A DNA stretch of 64,000 nucleotides from Longimicrobiales bacterium (GCA_963664435.2 CAXXKM010000002.1:160001-224000); one strand, 5' to 3'; shown: positions 1-10,100, counted from the first letter of the stretch. The notes: generated by a model from the sequence alone, not told the origin. Program-made: numbers and translations.

Positions 1-615
1 GCGCTGCGCCTGATGAAGATGGCGGAGAAGTTCGGGCGTCCGGTCGTGACCGTCATCGACACCCCCGGGGCCTACCCCGGACTCGGCTCCGAGGAGCGCG
101 GCATCGGGGAGGCCATCGCCCGAAACCTCCGCGAGATGGCGGCACTGCGCGTCCCCACCGTCTCCATCGTCATCGGCGAGGGAATGTCCGGCGGAGCGCT
201 CGGCATCGGGGTGACCGACCGCATCCTGATGCTGGAACACGCCGTGTATTCGGTAATCTCCCCGGAAGGGTGCGCCGCCATCCTCTGGCGATCGCGGGAC
301 CACCGCGAGAAGGCCGCCGAGGCGCTGCGCCTGACCTCGAGCGATCTGCTCAGGCTGGGCGTGGCGGACGACATCATCGCGGAACCCGTCGGGGGCGCCC
401 ACTCCGACTGGGAGGCCGCCTCGAGGAGCGTGTCCGACGCCCTGAGGCGGCAACTGGACGAGTTGACCGCGCTCGATACCGACGAATTGCTTGCACGGCG
501 CTGGAGCAAGTACGAGGCGATCGGGGACTGGGCCGGAAAGGCGATCGAGGAGTCCGGATTCACGGGTCCGCGGCTCGACACGGAGAGCGGCAGAAGCATG
601 GGAGCCGGCGGCTGA
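1..615 (+). CDS. accA: Acetyl-CoA carboxylase carboxyltransferase alpha subunit (5'-truncated by window edge)
   Basis: Motifs IDTPGAYPG, EERG..EAIARNL, GEGMSGGALG and YSVISPEGCAAILW are typical of AccA. The frame is open from position 1. Confidence 0.95.
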   Translation, partial: ALRLMKMAEKFGRPVVTVIDTPGAYPGLGSEERGIGEAIARNLREMAALRVPTVSIVIGEGMSGGALGIGVTDRILMLEHAVYSVISPEGCAAILWRSRDHREKAAEALRLTSSDLLRLGVADDIIAEPVGGAHSDWEAASRSVSDALRRQLDELTALDTDELLARRWSKYEAIGDWAGKAIEESGFTGPRLDTESGRSMGAGG

Positions 616-644
616 AGACCTACCCCGCCCAGGTTCGAGAGTAG

Positions 645-1493
645 ATGCCAGAGTTCGCGGAAGTCCGGTTCAAGGGAACGCGCAAGGACTACTTCACCTG
701 CCAGCCCGGGACGCTTCAGCCGGGCAGCTGGGTGATGGTCGAAGCCGAGCGCGGCCGCGATCTCGGCCGGGTCAGCGCCCTCGGAGCCATCGCCGAACGC
801 AAGTGCGGCACCTCCGGCGGATGCGCCACGCCGGAGCCGTCCCGGAAGGTCCTTCGGCAGGCGCTCGCCGACGAGATCCGGCACGTGAGCCGGCTTCGCA
901 CCGACGAGGATCGAGTGCGCGCGCTGGCGCGCGACAAGGTGGCCGGCCACAGGCTGAAGATGAAGGTCACCGAGGCGGAGTGGCAGTTCGACCGCAAGAA
1001 GCTGATCATCTACTTCACGGCCGAGCGGCGGGTCGACTTCCGGGCCCTGGTGCGTGATCTGGCCCGCACCTTCCGCACCCGCATCGAGCTGCGCCAGATC
1101 GGCGTGCGCGACGAAGCCGCGATGCTCGGAGGCGTCGGCCGCTGCGGACGCGAACTGTGCTGCTCGACCTGGCTTCCCTCCCTGCGCCCCGTGAGCCTTC
1201 AGCTGGCAAAGGATCAGCGGCTGTCCCTCAACCCGTCGCAGATCTCCGGTTGCTGCGGCCGTCTCATGTGCTGCCTCAAGTACGAGCACGACGCGTACGT
1301 CCGGGCGCGCAGGCGGTTCCCGCGCGAGGGAAGATCGGTCAAGACCTCGCTGGGAAGGGAGAAGGTGGTCGCGGTGGACATCTGGAGCGAGACGGTCACC
1401 CTTCTTGCCAACGACGGGGCCCGCCGCAAGGTGACGCTGAAGGAGCTCAAGAAGGAAGTGTCCAGGGTTCCCCGGGGAAAACGCTCCAACTGA
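645..1493 (+). CDS. ricT: PSP1-domain protein, RicT/YaaT family (Fe-S complex subunit)
   Basis: YFTAERRVDFRALVRDLA, IELRQIGVRDEA, GRCGRELCC, ISGCCGRLMCCLKYE. Position before metG matches known yaaT context. Confidence 0.9.
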   Translation: MPEFAEVRFKGTRKDYFTCQPGTLQPGSWVMVEAERGRDLGRVSALGAIAERKCGTSGGCATPEPSRKVLRQALADEIRHVSRLRTDEDRVRALARDKVAGHRLKMKVTEAEWQFDRKKLIIYFTAERRVDFRALVRDLARTFRTRIELRQIGVRDEAAMLGGVGRCGRELCCSTWLPSLRPVSLQLAKDQRLSLNPSQISGCCGRLMCCLKYEHDAYVRARRRFPREGRSVKTSLGREKVVAVDIWSETVTLLANDGARRKVTLKELKKEVSRVPRGKRSN

Positions 1494-1501
1494 CCCGGAA
1501 C

Positions 1502-3046
1502 ATGAGCCGACGCCGCTACCTGACGACACCGATCTACTACGCGTCCGGCGAACCCCACATCGGGCACGCCTACACCACCATTCTCACCGACGTGCTCGCC
1601 CGCTTTCACCGGCAGACCGGCGCCGAGGTGAGGTTCCTCACCGGCACCGACGAACACGGTCCCAAGATCGCCGAGGAGGCGGCCCGGCGCGGCCTGACCC
1701 CGATCGAACTGTGCGACCGCATGGCGGGCCGCTTCCGCGAGGCGTGGGACGAACTCGACATTTCCTTCGACCGCTTCATCCGCACCACCGAGGCCGACCA
1801 CATCGCCGTGGTCACCGCCTTCCTGCAGCGGCTCCACGACCAGGGCCACATCTACAAGGACCACTACCTGGGGTGGTACTGCATCCACGAGGAGCGCTAC
1901 TGGACGCAGAAGGACCTGGGACCCGGCGAAACCTGTCCCGACTGCCAGCGGCCCGTACGCCAGATCGAGGAGGTCAACTACTTCTTCCGCATGAGCGCCT
2001 TCCAGGAACGGCTGGTTCGCCACATCGAGGCCAATCCCGACTGGATCATTCCGGCCGTGCGGCGCAACGAGGTGCTCGGATTCCTCCAGCAACCGCTCGA
2101 GGACCTTTCGATCTCCCGCCCCCTGAGCCGCGTGAGCTGGGGCGTTCCCCTGCCCTTCGACCCCCAACACGTCTGCTACGTGTGGGTGGACGCGCTCATC
2201 AACTACGTGACCGCATCGGGCGCCATCGTCCCCGAAGCCGCGCCGGACGAGCAGGGATTCGGCACGCCCGTCGAGTCGTGGTGGCCGGCCGACCTGCACG
2301 TGATGGGCAAGGACATCCTCACCACCCACGCGGTGTACTGGCCCACCATCCTGATGGCGTGCGGCGTCGAGTTGCCCCGGCACATCCTCGCCCACGGATG
2401 GTGGCTCGTCGGCGAAACCAAGATGTCCAAGTCGCTGCAGAACGTGGTGGACCCCCTCGCCCTCATAGCGACCCACGGGGTCGACGCGGTACGGTGGTAC
2501 CTGCTGCGCGAGATGCCCACCGGCAGCGACGCCTCGTACACGCCCGAGCGCTTCCTCACTCGCTACGACGAGCTGTCCAACGTGCTGGGGAACCTCGCCA
2601 GCCGGGTGACGTCGATGATCGCGCGCTACCGGGACGGCGCTCTGCCCGACGCCGCCGGGCGGGGACTGGCTGCCGAGACGGAAGCAGCGCTTCGGCGCTA
2701 CCGGGAGTTCATGAACAGCCTCCGCCTGCATCGTGCCCTGGCCGCGGCGATGGACCTCGCGCGGCGCGCGAACCGATACGTGGAGGAGCGGGAGCCATGG
2801 GCCCAGGCGAAGGACCCGGGACGCGCATCGGATCTCGACGAGACCCTGGTCTCGCTCGCGCGCTGCCTGACGGTGCTTGCGGCACTCCTGGAGCCGGTCA
2901 TGCCGGCGAAGATGAGCACGCTGGCGGGAACTTTGGGGCACACCCGGGTTCCCACCCTTGACCGCGCCCTCGACGCCCCTCTGACGGGACGAGCCGTGAC
3001 GCGTGGCGACCCTCTCTTCCCGCGGGTGCGGCTGCCCTCGGCTTGA
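1502..3046 (+). CDS. metG: Methionine--tRNA ligase (short form without C-terminal dimerisation domain)
   Basis: YLTTPIYY, HIGH, GTDEHG, YVWVDALINY, GKDIL, KMSKS. Start moved to ATG 1502 (MSRRRYLTT). Confidence 0.95.
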   Translation: MSRRRYLTTPIYYASGEPHIGHAYTTILTDVLARFHRQTGAEVRFLTGTDEHGPKIAEEAARRGLTPIELCDRMAGRFREAWDELDISFDRFIRTTEADHIAVVTAFLQRLHDQGHIYKDHYLGWYCIHEERYWTQKDLGPGETCPDCQRPVRQIEEVNYFFRMSAFQERLVRHIEANPDWIIPAVRRNEVLGFLQQPLEDLSISRPLSRVSWGVPLPFDPQHVCYVWVDALINYVTASGAIVPEAAPDEQGFGTPVESWWPADLHVMGKDILTTHAVYWPTILMACGVELPRHILAHGWWLVGETKMSKSLQNVVDPLALIATHGVDAVRWYLLREMPTGSDASYTPERFLTRYDELSNVLGNLASRVTSMIARYRDGALPDAAGRGLAAETEAALRRYREFMNSLRLHRALAAAMDLARRANRYVEEREPWAQAKDPGRASDLDETLVSLARCLTVLAALLEPVMPAKMSTLAGTLGHTRVPTLDRALDAPLTGRAVTRGDPLFPRVRLPSA

Positions 3047-3072
3047 CTGGCTTCAGCGGGCCGGGATAGGTT
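3043..3072 (+). promoter_or_regulatory. Possible sigma70-type promoter for the M23/M16 operon
   Basis: TTGACT (3043-3048), 18-bp spacer, TAGGTT (3067-3072), about 50 bp upstream of ATG 3121. Confidence 0.35.
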
Positions 3073-3120
3073 GAACGCCTGTTGTGCCCGTCATTGCCAG
3101 CCCTCGATCACTCCTGAGGC

Positions 3121-4059
3121 ATGCCAAACAAACCACTCGGTGCCAAGCTGAAGGCCAAGTGCTCGATCCTGGTGGTTCCGTCCGATGGCGGGCGGCACCG
3201 ACAGTTCGAAGTGTCGCCCAGGTTCGTCCTCTCAGGGGTCGGCATCATCGTCGTCCTCCTTGGGGCCGCGTTCTTCGTCTTCTCCGGTGGCGCGCACCGG
3301 ATGGAGGCGCGCCAGCTGGCCGCGAAGAACCAGGCGATGGCCGAGGAACTGGCCGGCATCCGGCATCAGGTGGCAACCCTCGAGGGCGCGGTGGAAGGCC
3401 TGGCGGAACAGAATGCGCAGGCCCGTGCTCTCGCCGGCCTGGAGTCCATCGACGCCGAGGTCCTCCAGGCGGGTGTCGGTGGTCCCGGAACCAGCACGCC
3501 CCGGTCGCACCCTCTGTGGGGCCTCGACTCGCTGTATTCCAAGGACGCCTTTGCGACGTCCTTCGATCTGACGGCGCTCCAGCGGCGGGTGCAGTTGCTC
3601 GGCACCAGCCTTACCGAGGCCGCGGATTCCCTGAGCGGGCATCAGGACTGGCTGGAGTCTCTGCCCTCCATCCTTCCCGCCCGCGGCTACATCTCCAGCC
3701 GCTTCTCCTCCTCCCGCATGCATCCGGTGCACCACCGTCCGCTCCCGCACGAGGGCATGGACATCGCGGCTCCCGCGGGCTCGCCCATCGTGGCTACGGC
3801 GAAAGGCAGGGTGACCTACACCGGCCGCCGGAACGGGTACGGTCTGACCGTGCTCATCCAGCACGGCTTCGAGTACGAGACCCTGTACGGCCATGCGAGC
3901 CAGATTCTGGTGCGAAATGGTCAGGAAGTGGAGCGCGGCGAAGTGATCGCGCTGGTGGGAAGGACGGGGATCACGACAGCTCCCCATGTCCATTATGAGG
4001 TGCGCCAGAACGGAAGACCGATCGATCCGCACCGGTTCGTAATCGACGTCATCCCCTGA
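3121..4059 (+). CDS. M23 family metallopeptidase (membrane-anchored, coiled coil)
   Basis: N-terminal TM segment, coiled coil, HEGMD (HxxxD), YGHAS, PHVHYEV (HxH). Confidence 0.92.
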   Translation: MPNKPLGAKLKAKCSILVVPSDGGRHRQFEVSPRFVLSGVGIIVVLLGAAFFVFSGGAHRMEARQLAAKNQAMAEELAGIRHQVATLEGAVEGLAEQNAQARALAGLESIDAEVLQAGVGGPGTSTPRSHPLWGLDSLYSKDAFATSFDLTALQRRVQLLGTSLTEAADSLSGHQDWLESLPSILPARGYISSRFSSSRMHPVHHRPLPHEGMDIAAPAGSPIVATAKGRVTYTGRRNGYGLTVLIQHGFEYETLYGHASQILVRNGQEVERGEVIALVGRTGITTAPHVHYEVRQNGRPIDPHRFVIDVIP

Positions 4060-4074
4060 TCCGGCCCAAGGCAG

Positions 4075-5259
4075 GTGACCACCGCGTTGCTCGCCGGCGT
4101 CGCGCTCCTGAGCGCCGTCTCCGACCCGGAGTCGCTCCGCCCCGACACGGTTCTGAGTCCGCCTGACGGCCCGACCATCGCCTTCGTCCAGGCCACCGGC
4201 TCGCCGGCGGCGGCGATCCGCATCACCGTGCCCCTCGTCGAATCCGAATCCAACGCCGGAGCCGGGTATCTCATTCAGCTTCTGGCGCTGGAGCGCGTCC
4301 GGAGAATCAGCGAGACGCTGGGTATCGAAGTCCTGGCGCACCGGACCTCGTTCGGACTCGTCTATCGTCTCAACGGCGCGGTCGCGGACTTCGACCAGCT
4401 TGCCGGCGTTGCGCGCGAACTGCTGGCTCGCCCGCAGTCGCCCGGCTTCGTGGCGGCCCGCACACGTCTCCAGAACATGAACCGGGCAGAGCGGGAAACT
4501 GCCCGCGGCGCGCTCCGGCTCCGGCTGCGCTCGCGCATGGCTTCATCGATTCCCTCGGTGACGGGCACCCTCGAGTCGCTGGCGGCGCTGAACCCGGCGC
4601 GGCTGGTGGAACGCTGGCGGATATCGCACCGCCGCGGCAACCTCTCGGTGGTCGTGGTTGCCGACCTGCCGGTGGAGGCCGCGTTCTCGGCTCTCTCGGA
4701 GCTGGGGGAGGCGGGGCCGGCGCCCGCGGGCAGGCTCCCGGAAGCGGCAACAAGGAGATCCACAGCTCCCAGCCCCGAGCGAATCCGGATCTGGTACGGA
4801 GAAGCGTATCCGTCGGGAAACGCGCGGGATCCGCGCTCCGGCCTGCTCGCGCGCATCGCGAACGACCGCCTTCGGGAGTTCGGCGGCGAGTTCGAACCCC
4901 ATCTCGAGCGATGGGACCTGGGGGAGCGGTCCTGGCTGGTGTTGACCGCGGCGGCCTTTTCCCGCAACGCGACGGCGATGCGCGCCCGCATTCGAGGCTA
5001 CATCGGCGACCTGCGGGCGGCACTGAGCCCGACCGTCGTGCGCCACGCGAGGTCATCGCTTCGCTCGGAGCTGCTCCTGGAGACCCGCTCGCCGGGGGGG
5101 CTTGCGGAGGTCATCGGCCGGCACCTGGACGCCACGGGCGATGCCGACGCCGCGCGGGACCATCTGCGGCGGCTTGAGGAGATCGATTTCGAGGACATGC
5201 TCGCCTTCCTCGACGAAATCGCGGCGGATGACGCCCTCACCGCAGAGGTGGTCAACTGA
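4075..5259 (+). CDS. Degenerate M16 (insulinase-like) fold protein, probably non-catalytic
   Basis: Signal-like N-terminus; M16-like pattern (GTLESLAAL..., LSVVVVADL, C-terminal LRRLEEIDFEDM); no HxxEH motif. Confidence 0.55.
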   Translation: MTTALLAGVALLSAVSDPESLRPDTVLSPPDGPTIAFVQATGSPAAAIRITVPLVESESNAGAGYLIQLLALERVRRISETLGIEVLAHRTSFGLVYRLNGAVADFDQLAGVARELLARPQSPGFVAARTRLQNMNRAERETARGALRLRLRSRMASSIPSVTGTLESLAALNPARLVERWRISHRRGNLSVVVVADLPVEAAFSALSELGEAGPAPAGRLPEAATRRSTAPSPERIRIWYGEAYPSGNARDPRSGLLARIANDRLREFGGEFEPHLERWDLGERSWLVLTAAAFSRNATAMRARIRGYIGDLRAALSPTVVRHARSSLRSELLLETRSPGGLAEVIGRHLDATGDADAARDHLRRLEEIDFEDMLAFLDEIAADDALTAEVVN

Positions 5260-6635
5260 TGGCGAGGTCGCGCCCTCGGACGCGGCTGCTCGCGTGGGCG
5301 GCGCTGTGGGCGATCCTGCCGCTCGCCGCTCCCGCGCCGGCTGCGCCCCATGGCCTCGGGAGCGCGAAGCAGACGGGTGCCGCGGCGACCCGCGGGGACG
5401 GCGGCCGGAACGGGCGTCCGGCCATGGCTGTCGGGCGCGCGGGCGGCCTGGCCACGGTTTCGGACACGCTGGAGCTTGTGGTGGTGAGCCAGCGGCCCTG
5501 GACGTCTGCCGTCACCGTCACCCTCTCCTTCGCGGGCGGATTCAGCGACGACGCGCCCGAGGCCGAGGGAACCGCCTGGCTCCTGGGCATGGTGCTCGAG
5601 CGGGCCGCCCACGCCAACCTGGCGGAAACGGGCGCCGTCGCGGACATCGAAGTGGAGGGCGACCGCACCTGGGTCACCCTGCTGACGACGTCGAGCGACT
5701 GGGCGTCGGCGTACGGCATCCTCACCCGCACGCTGCTCACCGACCCGCTCGATCCGGCGCTGGCCGAGGAGGCGCGCGCCGACCTGTCCGCCCAGGTATT
5801 CTTCCAGCACGACGCGCCCGTGCGCGCGTTCGAACTGGAGGCTCAGCGGATGCTTCTCGGGGCCGAGCGCGCCCGTGCTCCCATGGGAACGCCGGCCAGC
5901 GTGAGCGGCATGACGGTCGAGGCCCTGGAGGCGACGCGGGCGCGCATCTACCGGCTGGACCGGGCACGCGTGGCGGTGGTTGGCGGGGTCGAACCGGCCG
6001 AAGGAGCTTCCGTCGTCGGCGCGCACCGGACGATGGCATGGCCCGGAGAGCAAGGCTGGATGGTGGAGGGCGCGCCTCTGCCGCCGCGTGCCTCCGGGTG
6101 GACGTGGGAGACGGGCGGGCGCACTTCGGTCGCCGACGAGATCACGAACAACTGGATCCTGGCCGCCTACCCGTTCTCCGGCGAGAGCCCGCGCCGGCCG
6201 ATGGAGTTGCTGGCTCACCTGATCGCCGAGCAACTCGTCATCAATCCTCCCGCCCCGGGGCTGATCAGCTGGCGGGCTGAAGTGCGGGAGCTCCCCGGAG
6301 GGCCTGTTCTGCAGGTGACGATCGCCGCCCAGTGGCCGACCGTGCGAGCCTGGGAGCAACGGATCGTCGACACTGTGGAGCGCCTGTCCGCAAGAAACCT
6401 CCCTTCGGACGACGTGATCCTGCACCACCGGCGGTTCCGGTCGGCGAGGACGCTCGAGCTGGCGGAGCCCGAGCGCGAAGGCCGCCGGCTGCTCATCGAA
6501 GCGCAGACGGACGGCGGTCCCGGGGAACTGCTCGCGCCCTTGCAGGGTCTGTCTTCCGAGGGGGTCCGGCGGGCGGCGGCCGATCTGGGAGAACCACGCG
6601 TGCTGATCTACGGGCCAGGGGAGCCGCCGTCTTGA
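5259..6635 (+). CDS. Degenerate M16 (insulinase-like) fold protein, probably non-catalytic, secreted
   Basis: Signal peptide; GGFSDDAPEAEGTAWLL, GTPASVSGMT, VAVVGGV and C-terminal VRRAAADL resemble M16 beta-type subunits; TGA/ATG overlap with the previous gene. Confidence 0.6.
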   Translation: MARSRPRTRLLAWAALWAILPLAAPAPAAPHGLGSAKQTGAAATRGDGGRNGRPAMAVGRAGGLATVSDTLELVVVSQRPWTSAVTVTLSFAGGFSDDAPEAEGTAWLLGMVLERAAHANLAETGAVADIEVEGDRTWVTLLTTSSDWASAYGILTRTLLTDPLDPALAEEARADLSAQVFFQHDAPVRAFELEAQRMLLGAERARAPMGTPASVSGMTVEALEATRARIYRLDRARVAVVGGVEPAEGASVVGAHRTMAWPGEQGWMVEGAPLPPRASGWTWETGGRTSVADEITNNWILAAYPFSGESPRRPMELLAHLIAEQLVINPPAPGLISWRAEVRELPGGPVLQVTIAAQWPTVRAWEQRIVDTVERLSARNLPSDDVILHHRRFRSARTLELAEPEREGRRLLIEAQTDGGPGELLAPLQGLSSEGVRRAAADLGEPRVLIYGPGEPPS

Positions 6636-6748
6636 TGGACAGGCGTGGGGACAGTTACCTTGCGGCCCGAATTATATGGTAGGGATGTGCATGCGAGCAG
6701 GATGGAGCCAGCTCGGAGTTCAACGTGATAGCCTGGAGTAACTGCACC

Positions 6749-7516
6749 ATGAGGAACGGAATCCTTTTCCTCGCTCTCGCCGGCACGATCGCCTCCGCGG
6801 CATGCGGGCCGACCGAGCTCACGATCAATGCGCAGATGGAGGTCGCCGGAGCCGAGGGGACGGAGGTCCGGCCGCTGGCCGACATGGAAGTCCAGCTCCT
6901 TCCCTTCGACCGCGACGCGATCTTCGACTCGCTGGCGCGCGAGTCCGGCACTGCCGAACCGGAGATTCCCGCAGATCTGCTCGAAGCCCAGAACCAGGTC
7001 GCAGAGGCGCAGGGGGAATGGCAGAGGCTGGAAAGCGAGTGGTCGCTGCTGCGGGAGGACCTCCTCAACCTCACCGGGGAGATGGAGCGGCTCAATCCGG
7101 CCGAGGCCCAGTACCGGGTCTTGTTCATGGAGTTCGACGAGAAGGAGCAGCGGCTCGCTCAGGTAGAGCGCCAGCGCGACGCCGCCTTCGAGGAGTTCAC
7201 CACCATCCAGGGATCCATGATCGAGCAGGCCGACCAGGTCAGAATGCTCCGCGAAATGTGGGGAGACGAGGCATTCGCGGACTACGGCGTGGTCGCCGAG
7301 TTCATGATCGACGTGAGCGGCCTCGACCCGATCGTGGACACTACCGACGCCTCGGGTATCGTGGTAACGGCGGCGCCGGCAGGGCAGTACTGGGTGTACG
7401 CCCGCTGGGAGCGCTCCTTCGACGAACTCTACTGGAACGTCCCGCTCATGGTGGAAGGTGAACCGGTGACCTTCACGCTCAACGAAAGCAACGCACAGGT
7501 CCGGCCCATCCTCTGA
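6749..7516 (+). CDS. Hypothetical lipoprotein with central coiled coil
   Basis: Signal ending SAAC (lipobox-like), acidic coiled coil, C-terminal beta region (YWVYARW, LYWNVP). Start ATG 6749 after GGAG. Confidence 0.7.
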   Translation: MRNGILFLALAGTIASAACGPTELTINAQMEVAGAEGTEVRPLADMEVQLLPFDRDAIFDSLARESGTAEPEIPADLLEAQNQVAEAQGEWQRLESEWSLLREDLLNLTGEMERLNPAEAQYRVLFMEFDEKEQRLAQVERQRDAAFEEFTTIQGSMIEQADQVRMLREMWGDEAFADYGVVAEFMIDVSGLDPIVDTTDASGIVVTAAPAGQYWVYARWERSFDELYWNVPLMVEGEPVTFTLNESNAQVRPIL

Positions 7517-7565
7517 CCGTTCGGCCCGGGCGCCCGGCCGGCCACCCGGGCCGGGACCCGGTCTC

Positions 7566-8165
7566 GTGGATCGTCCATCGAGGTTGCTGGGCGTAGTGCC
7601 AGCCTGCGGACTGTCCACCCGCATGGGAAGCGCCAAGGCGCTTCTCGATGCGGGTGGACAGTCCTTTTTGGTGCGTGTCGTGTCCGCCCTGACGGCGGGC
7701 GGGTGCAGCCCGGTCGTGGTGGTGGCCAGGGAGGTGGCCGGCGCCGTGGCGGCGGAAGCGGAAGCGGCCGGCGCCGTGGCGGCGGCCAACCCCGACCCCG
7801 ACGAAGGACCCATCTCGTCCATCCGGCTCGCGCTGGCGGGGTGGGGCGCCGGGATGGACGGATGCGCCATCTGCCCGGTCGATCATCCGCTGGTGACCGG
7901 CGCCACGGTGCGGTCGCTGGCGGCCTGCTTCGATGAGGGGTCGGCCGACATCGTCATCCCGACCTGGCGTGGACGGCGCGGCCACCCGTCCATCTTCCAC
8001 CGCCGCCTGTTCCCCGAACTTCTCGACCCCGACCTTCCCGAGGGAGCCCGCACGGTGGTGCGGCGGCACCCCACCCGCGTCCGCGAGTGCGTGGTGGACG
8101 ACGCGGGCGTGATCGCCGACATCGACACGCCCTCCGAGTACCGCCGCCACTTCCAGGTGGCGTGA
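7566..8165 (+). CDS. MocA/MobA-like nucleotidyltransferase (molybdenum cofactor cytidylyltransferase-like)
   Basis: VPACGLSTRMGSAKALL, PVDHPLV, RRGHP, DIDTPSEY; adjacent to xdhC-like genes. Confidence 0.85.
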   Translation: MDRPSRLLGVVPACGLSTRMGSAKALLDAGGQSFLVRVVSALTAGGCSPVVVVAREVAGAVAAEAEAAGAVAAANPDPDEGPISSIRLALAGWGAGMDGCAICPVDHPLVTGATVRSLAACFDEGSADIVIPTWRGRRGHPSIFHRRLFPELLDPDLPEGARTVVRRHPTRVRECVVDDAGVIADIDTPSEYRRHFQVA

Positions 8166-8167
8166 CC

Positions 8168-9118
8168 ATGCCCGACCTGCCAGGATCCGCCGACGCGCCC
8201 TCCGGGTCGCCCGTCGACATCCGGGGCGCTCCCGGCGACCGCGCCGTGCCGCCCCAGCCGGTCGAGCCGGACCTGCCGGGGCCCGACGCGGCGGCCGCGG
8301 CCGGCCGCATCCTCGAGTCGCTGCGCGGGTCGCGGGGCACGGTCGAGCTGCTGGTGGTCTCGGACAGCGACGGGCGGGCGGCGGGCGCCCGCATGCTGGT
8401 GCGCCCGGACGCGGTCGAGGGGTCGCTCGGCGATCCCGAACTGGACGCGGCCGCGCTGGCCGTCGCGACCCGCGAACGGCTGGCGCGCGGGCACGGCGGA
8501 TCCCTCCACAACCTGCAGACGCCGGCGGGCCGGCGTCTGCAGGTGTACGCGGAGGGTCACCGTCCCCGCCAGGAGCTCATCGTGGTGGGCGCGGGACACA
8601 TCGCCCAGCCGCTCGCAACCCTGGGCACCCTCCTGGACTTCGAGGTCGCCGTGCTCGACGACCGCCCCGAGTTCGCCACCCGCGAGCGGTTTCCGGAGGC
8701 CGCCGCCGTGCGCACCATCGACTTCGACGATCCCCTCTCCGGCGTCGACATCCACGCCGGTTGCCATTTCGTGCTGGTGACGCGCGGGCACAAGTACGAC
8801 TACGAGTGCCTGCGCCGCCTGCTGGCGCGCCACGGCGACGCGAAACCGGCCTACATCGGCATGATCGGCAGCCGCCGCCGCGTGCGCGCCACCTTCGTGC
8901 AGCTCGAGGCGGAGGGCATCCCCCACGAGGTAATCGCTCGCGTGCGGGCTCCGGTGGGCCTGGACATCGGCGCGCAGACGCCGGCCGAGATCGCGGTGAG
9001 CGTCCTGGGGGAGATGATCCTCGAGCGGCGCGGCGGGACGGGAGCGCCGTTGCGAGGCCGGGAGCGCATCGTCGAGCGCTTCCTGGTGAAGAAACCGCCC
9101 ACAGGGAGCGTCAAATGA
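8168..9118 (+). CDS. XdhC/CoxI family molybdoenzyme maturation factor (with Rossmann domain)
   Basis: LIVVGAGHIAQPL, VLDDRPEFA, VTRGHKYD, YIGMIGSRRR, APVGLDIGAQTPAEIAVS. Start ATG 8168. Confidence 0.88.
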   Translation: MPDLPGSADAPSGSPVDIRGAPGDRAVPPQPVEPDLPGPDAAAAAGRILESLRGSRGTVELLVVSDSDGRAAGARMLVRPDAVEGSLGDPELDAAALAVATRERLARGHGGSLHNLQTPAGRRLQVYAEGHRPRQELIVVGAGHIAQPLATLGTLLDFEVAVLDDRPEFATRERFPEAAAVRTIDFDDPLSGVDIHAGCHFVLVTRGHKYDYECLRRLLARHGDAKPAYIGMIGSRRRVRATFVQLEAEGIPHEVIARVRAPVGLDIGAQTPAEIAVSVLGEMILERRGGTGAPLRGRERIVERFLVKKPPTGSVK

Positions 9119-9537
9119 GTGCACCGGGCGACCAGGACGTGTACGAAGCCGTTCTCGCGACAGTGCGGGCGGGCCGGCGGGCGGCGCTCGCGACCATCGT
9201 CTCCACGCGCGGATCGACGCCGCGCAAGGCCGGATCGCGCATGCTGGTGGACCCGGAGACCGGGCTGGTGGGCACGGTCGGCGGCGGGTGCGGGGAGGCG
9301 GAGGTCATCGAGGCGGCGCAAGAGGTGATCGAGGACGGCGTGCCGCGCCTGGTGAAGGTCGACCTGACCGAGGACCTGCTGGGATGGAGCCCGGCGGTAT
9401 GCGGCGGCATCATGGACATCTTCGTGGAGCGGGTCTGGCCGGCAAGCGCGCCGTCCGCGTCCGCCCCGAGGGAATCCGTCCACACCGTCTTGGCAGATCC
9501 CGACGCGGATGCGGACGCAGGCGACACGCCCTCATGA
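9115..9537 (+). CDS. XdhC/CoxI N-terminal domain protein (stand-alone)
   Basis: ALATIVSTRGSTPRKAGSRM, GTVGGGCGEAEV, CGGIMDIFVE; ATGA overlap with the previous gene. Confidence 0.85.
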   Translation: MSAPGDQDVYEAVLATVRAGRRAALATIVSTRGSTPRKAGSRMLVDPETGLVGTVGGGCGEAEVIEAAQEVIEDGVPRLVKVDLTEDLLGWSPAVCGGIMDIFVERVWPASAPSASAPRESVHTVLADPDADADAGDTPS

Positions 9538-10100
9538 CCGCGGAGCCGGACCCTCCCCTTCCCCGCGTCACCATCCACTATCTCCGGCCCCCGGATCACC
9601 TGCAGACCTTCCGCCAGCCGATCATCCATCAGAGCCCGGAGGCGATCGTCACCTTCTCGCGCAGCATCCGCGTCCCCTCGCCGATGGAGCTGGACGGCAA
9701 AGTCGCGCTCGAGACGGGATCCGACATCGTCTGGTTCACCTTCCCGGGCCTCTGGCACGACATCGGCCGCTTCCACGATGCCCGGGGCGCGTTCACCGGC
9801 TTCTACGCCAACCTGCTCACGCCCGTGGAGATGCTGCCCGGAAACATCTGGCGCACCACCGATCTCTTTCTCGACGTGTGGCTGAAGCCGGGGCGGGCGC
9901 CGAGGCTCCTCGACGAGGACGAACTTCAGGCCGCGCTGGACGCGGATGCGCTGGAGTCAGGGACGGCGCGGCGCGCCCGGGAGGAAGCGGACGGTATCCT
10001 GGAACGCGCGGGTGCCGGGGCGTGGCCCCCTCCGGTCGTGCACGAATGGACGCGGGAGCGGGCGCTCGCGGTGCTGGACGAAATGGGCAACTCGGAATGA
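9534..10100 (+). CDS. DUF402-domain protein (putative nucleoside di/triphosphatase fold)
   Basis: WHDIGRF, FYANLLTP, TTDLFLDVW, LLDEDEL match the DUF402 pattern; ATGA overlap. Confidence 0.75.
   Translation: MTAEPDPPLPRVTIHYLRPPDHLQTFRQPIIHQSPEAIVTFSRSIRVPSPMELDGKVALETGSDIVWFTFPGLWHDIGRFHDARGAFTGFYANLLTPVEMLPGNIWRTTDLFLDVWLKPGRAPRLLDEDELQAALDADALESGTARRAREEADGILERAGAGAWPPPVVHEWTRERALAVLDEMGNSE

Noticed and set aside
7522..7553. GC hairpin CGGCCCGGG...CCCGGGCCG as a terminator (similarly about 44066-44091)
   Set aside because: No U-tract, and such stems are expected by chance at this GC content.
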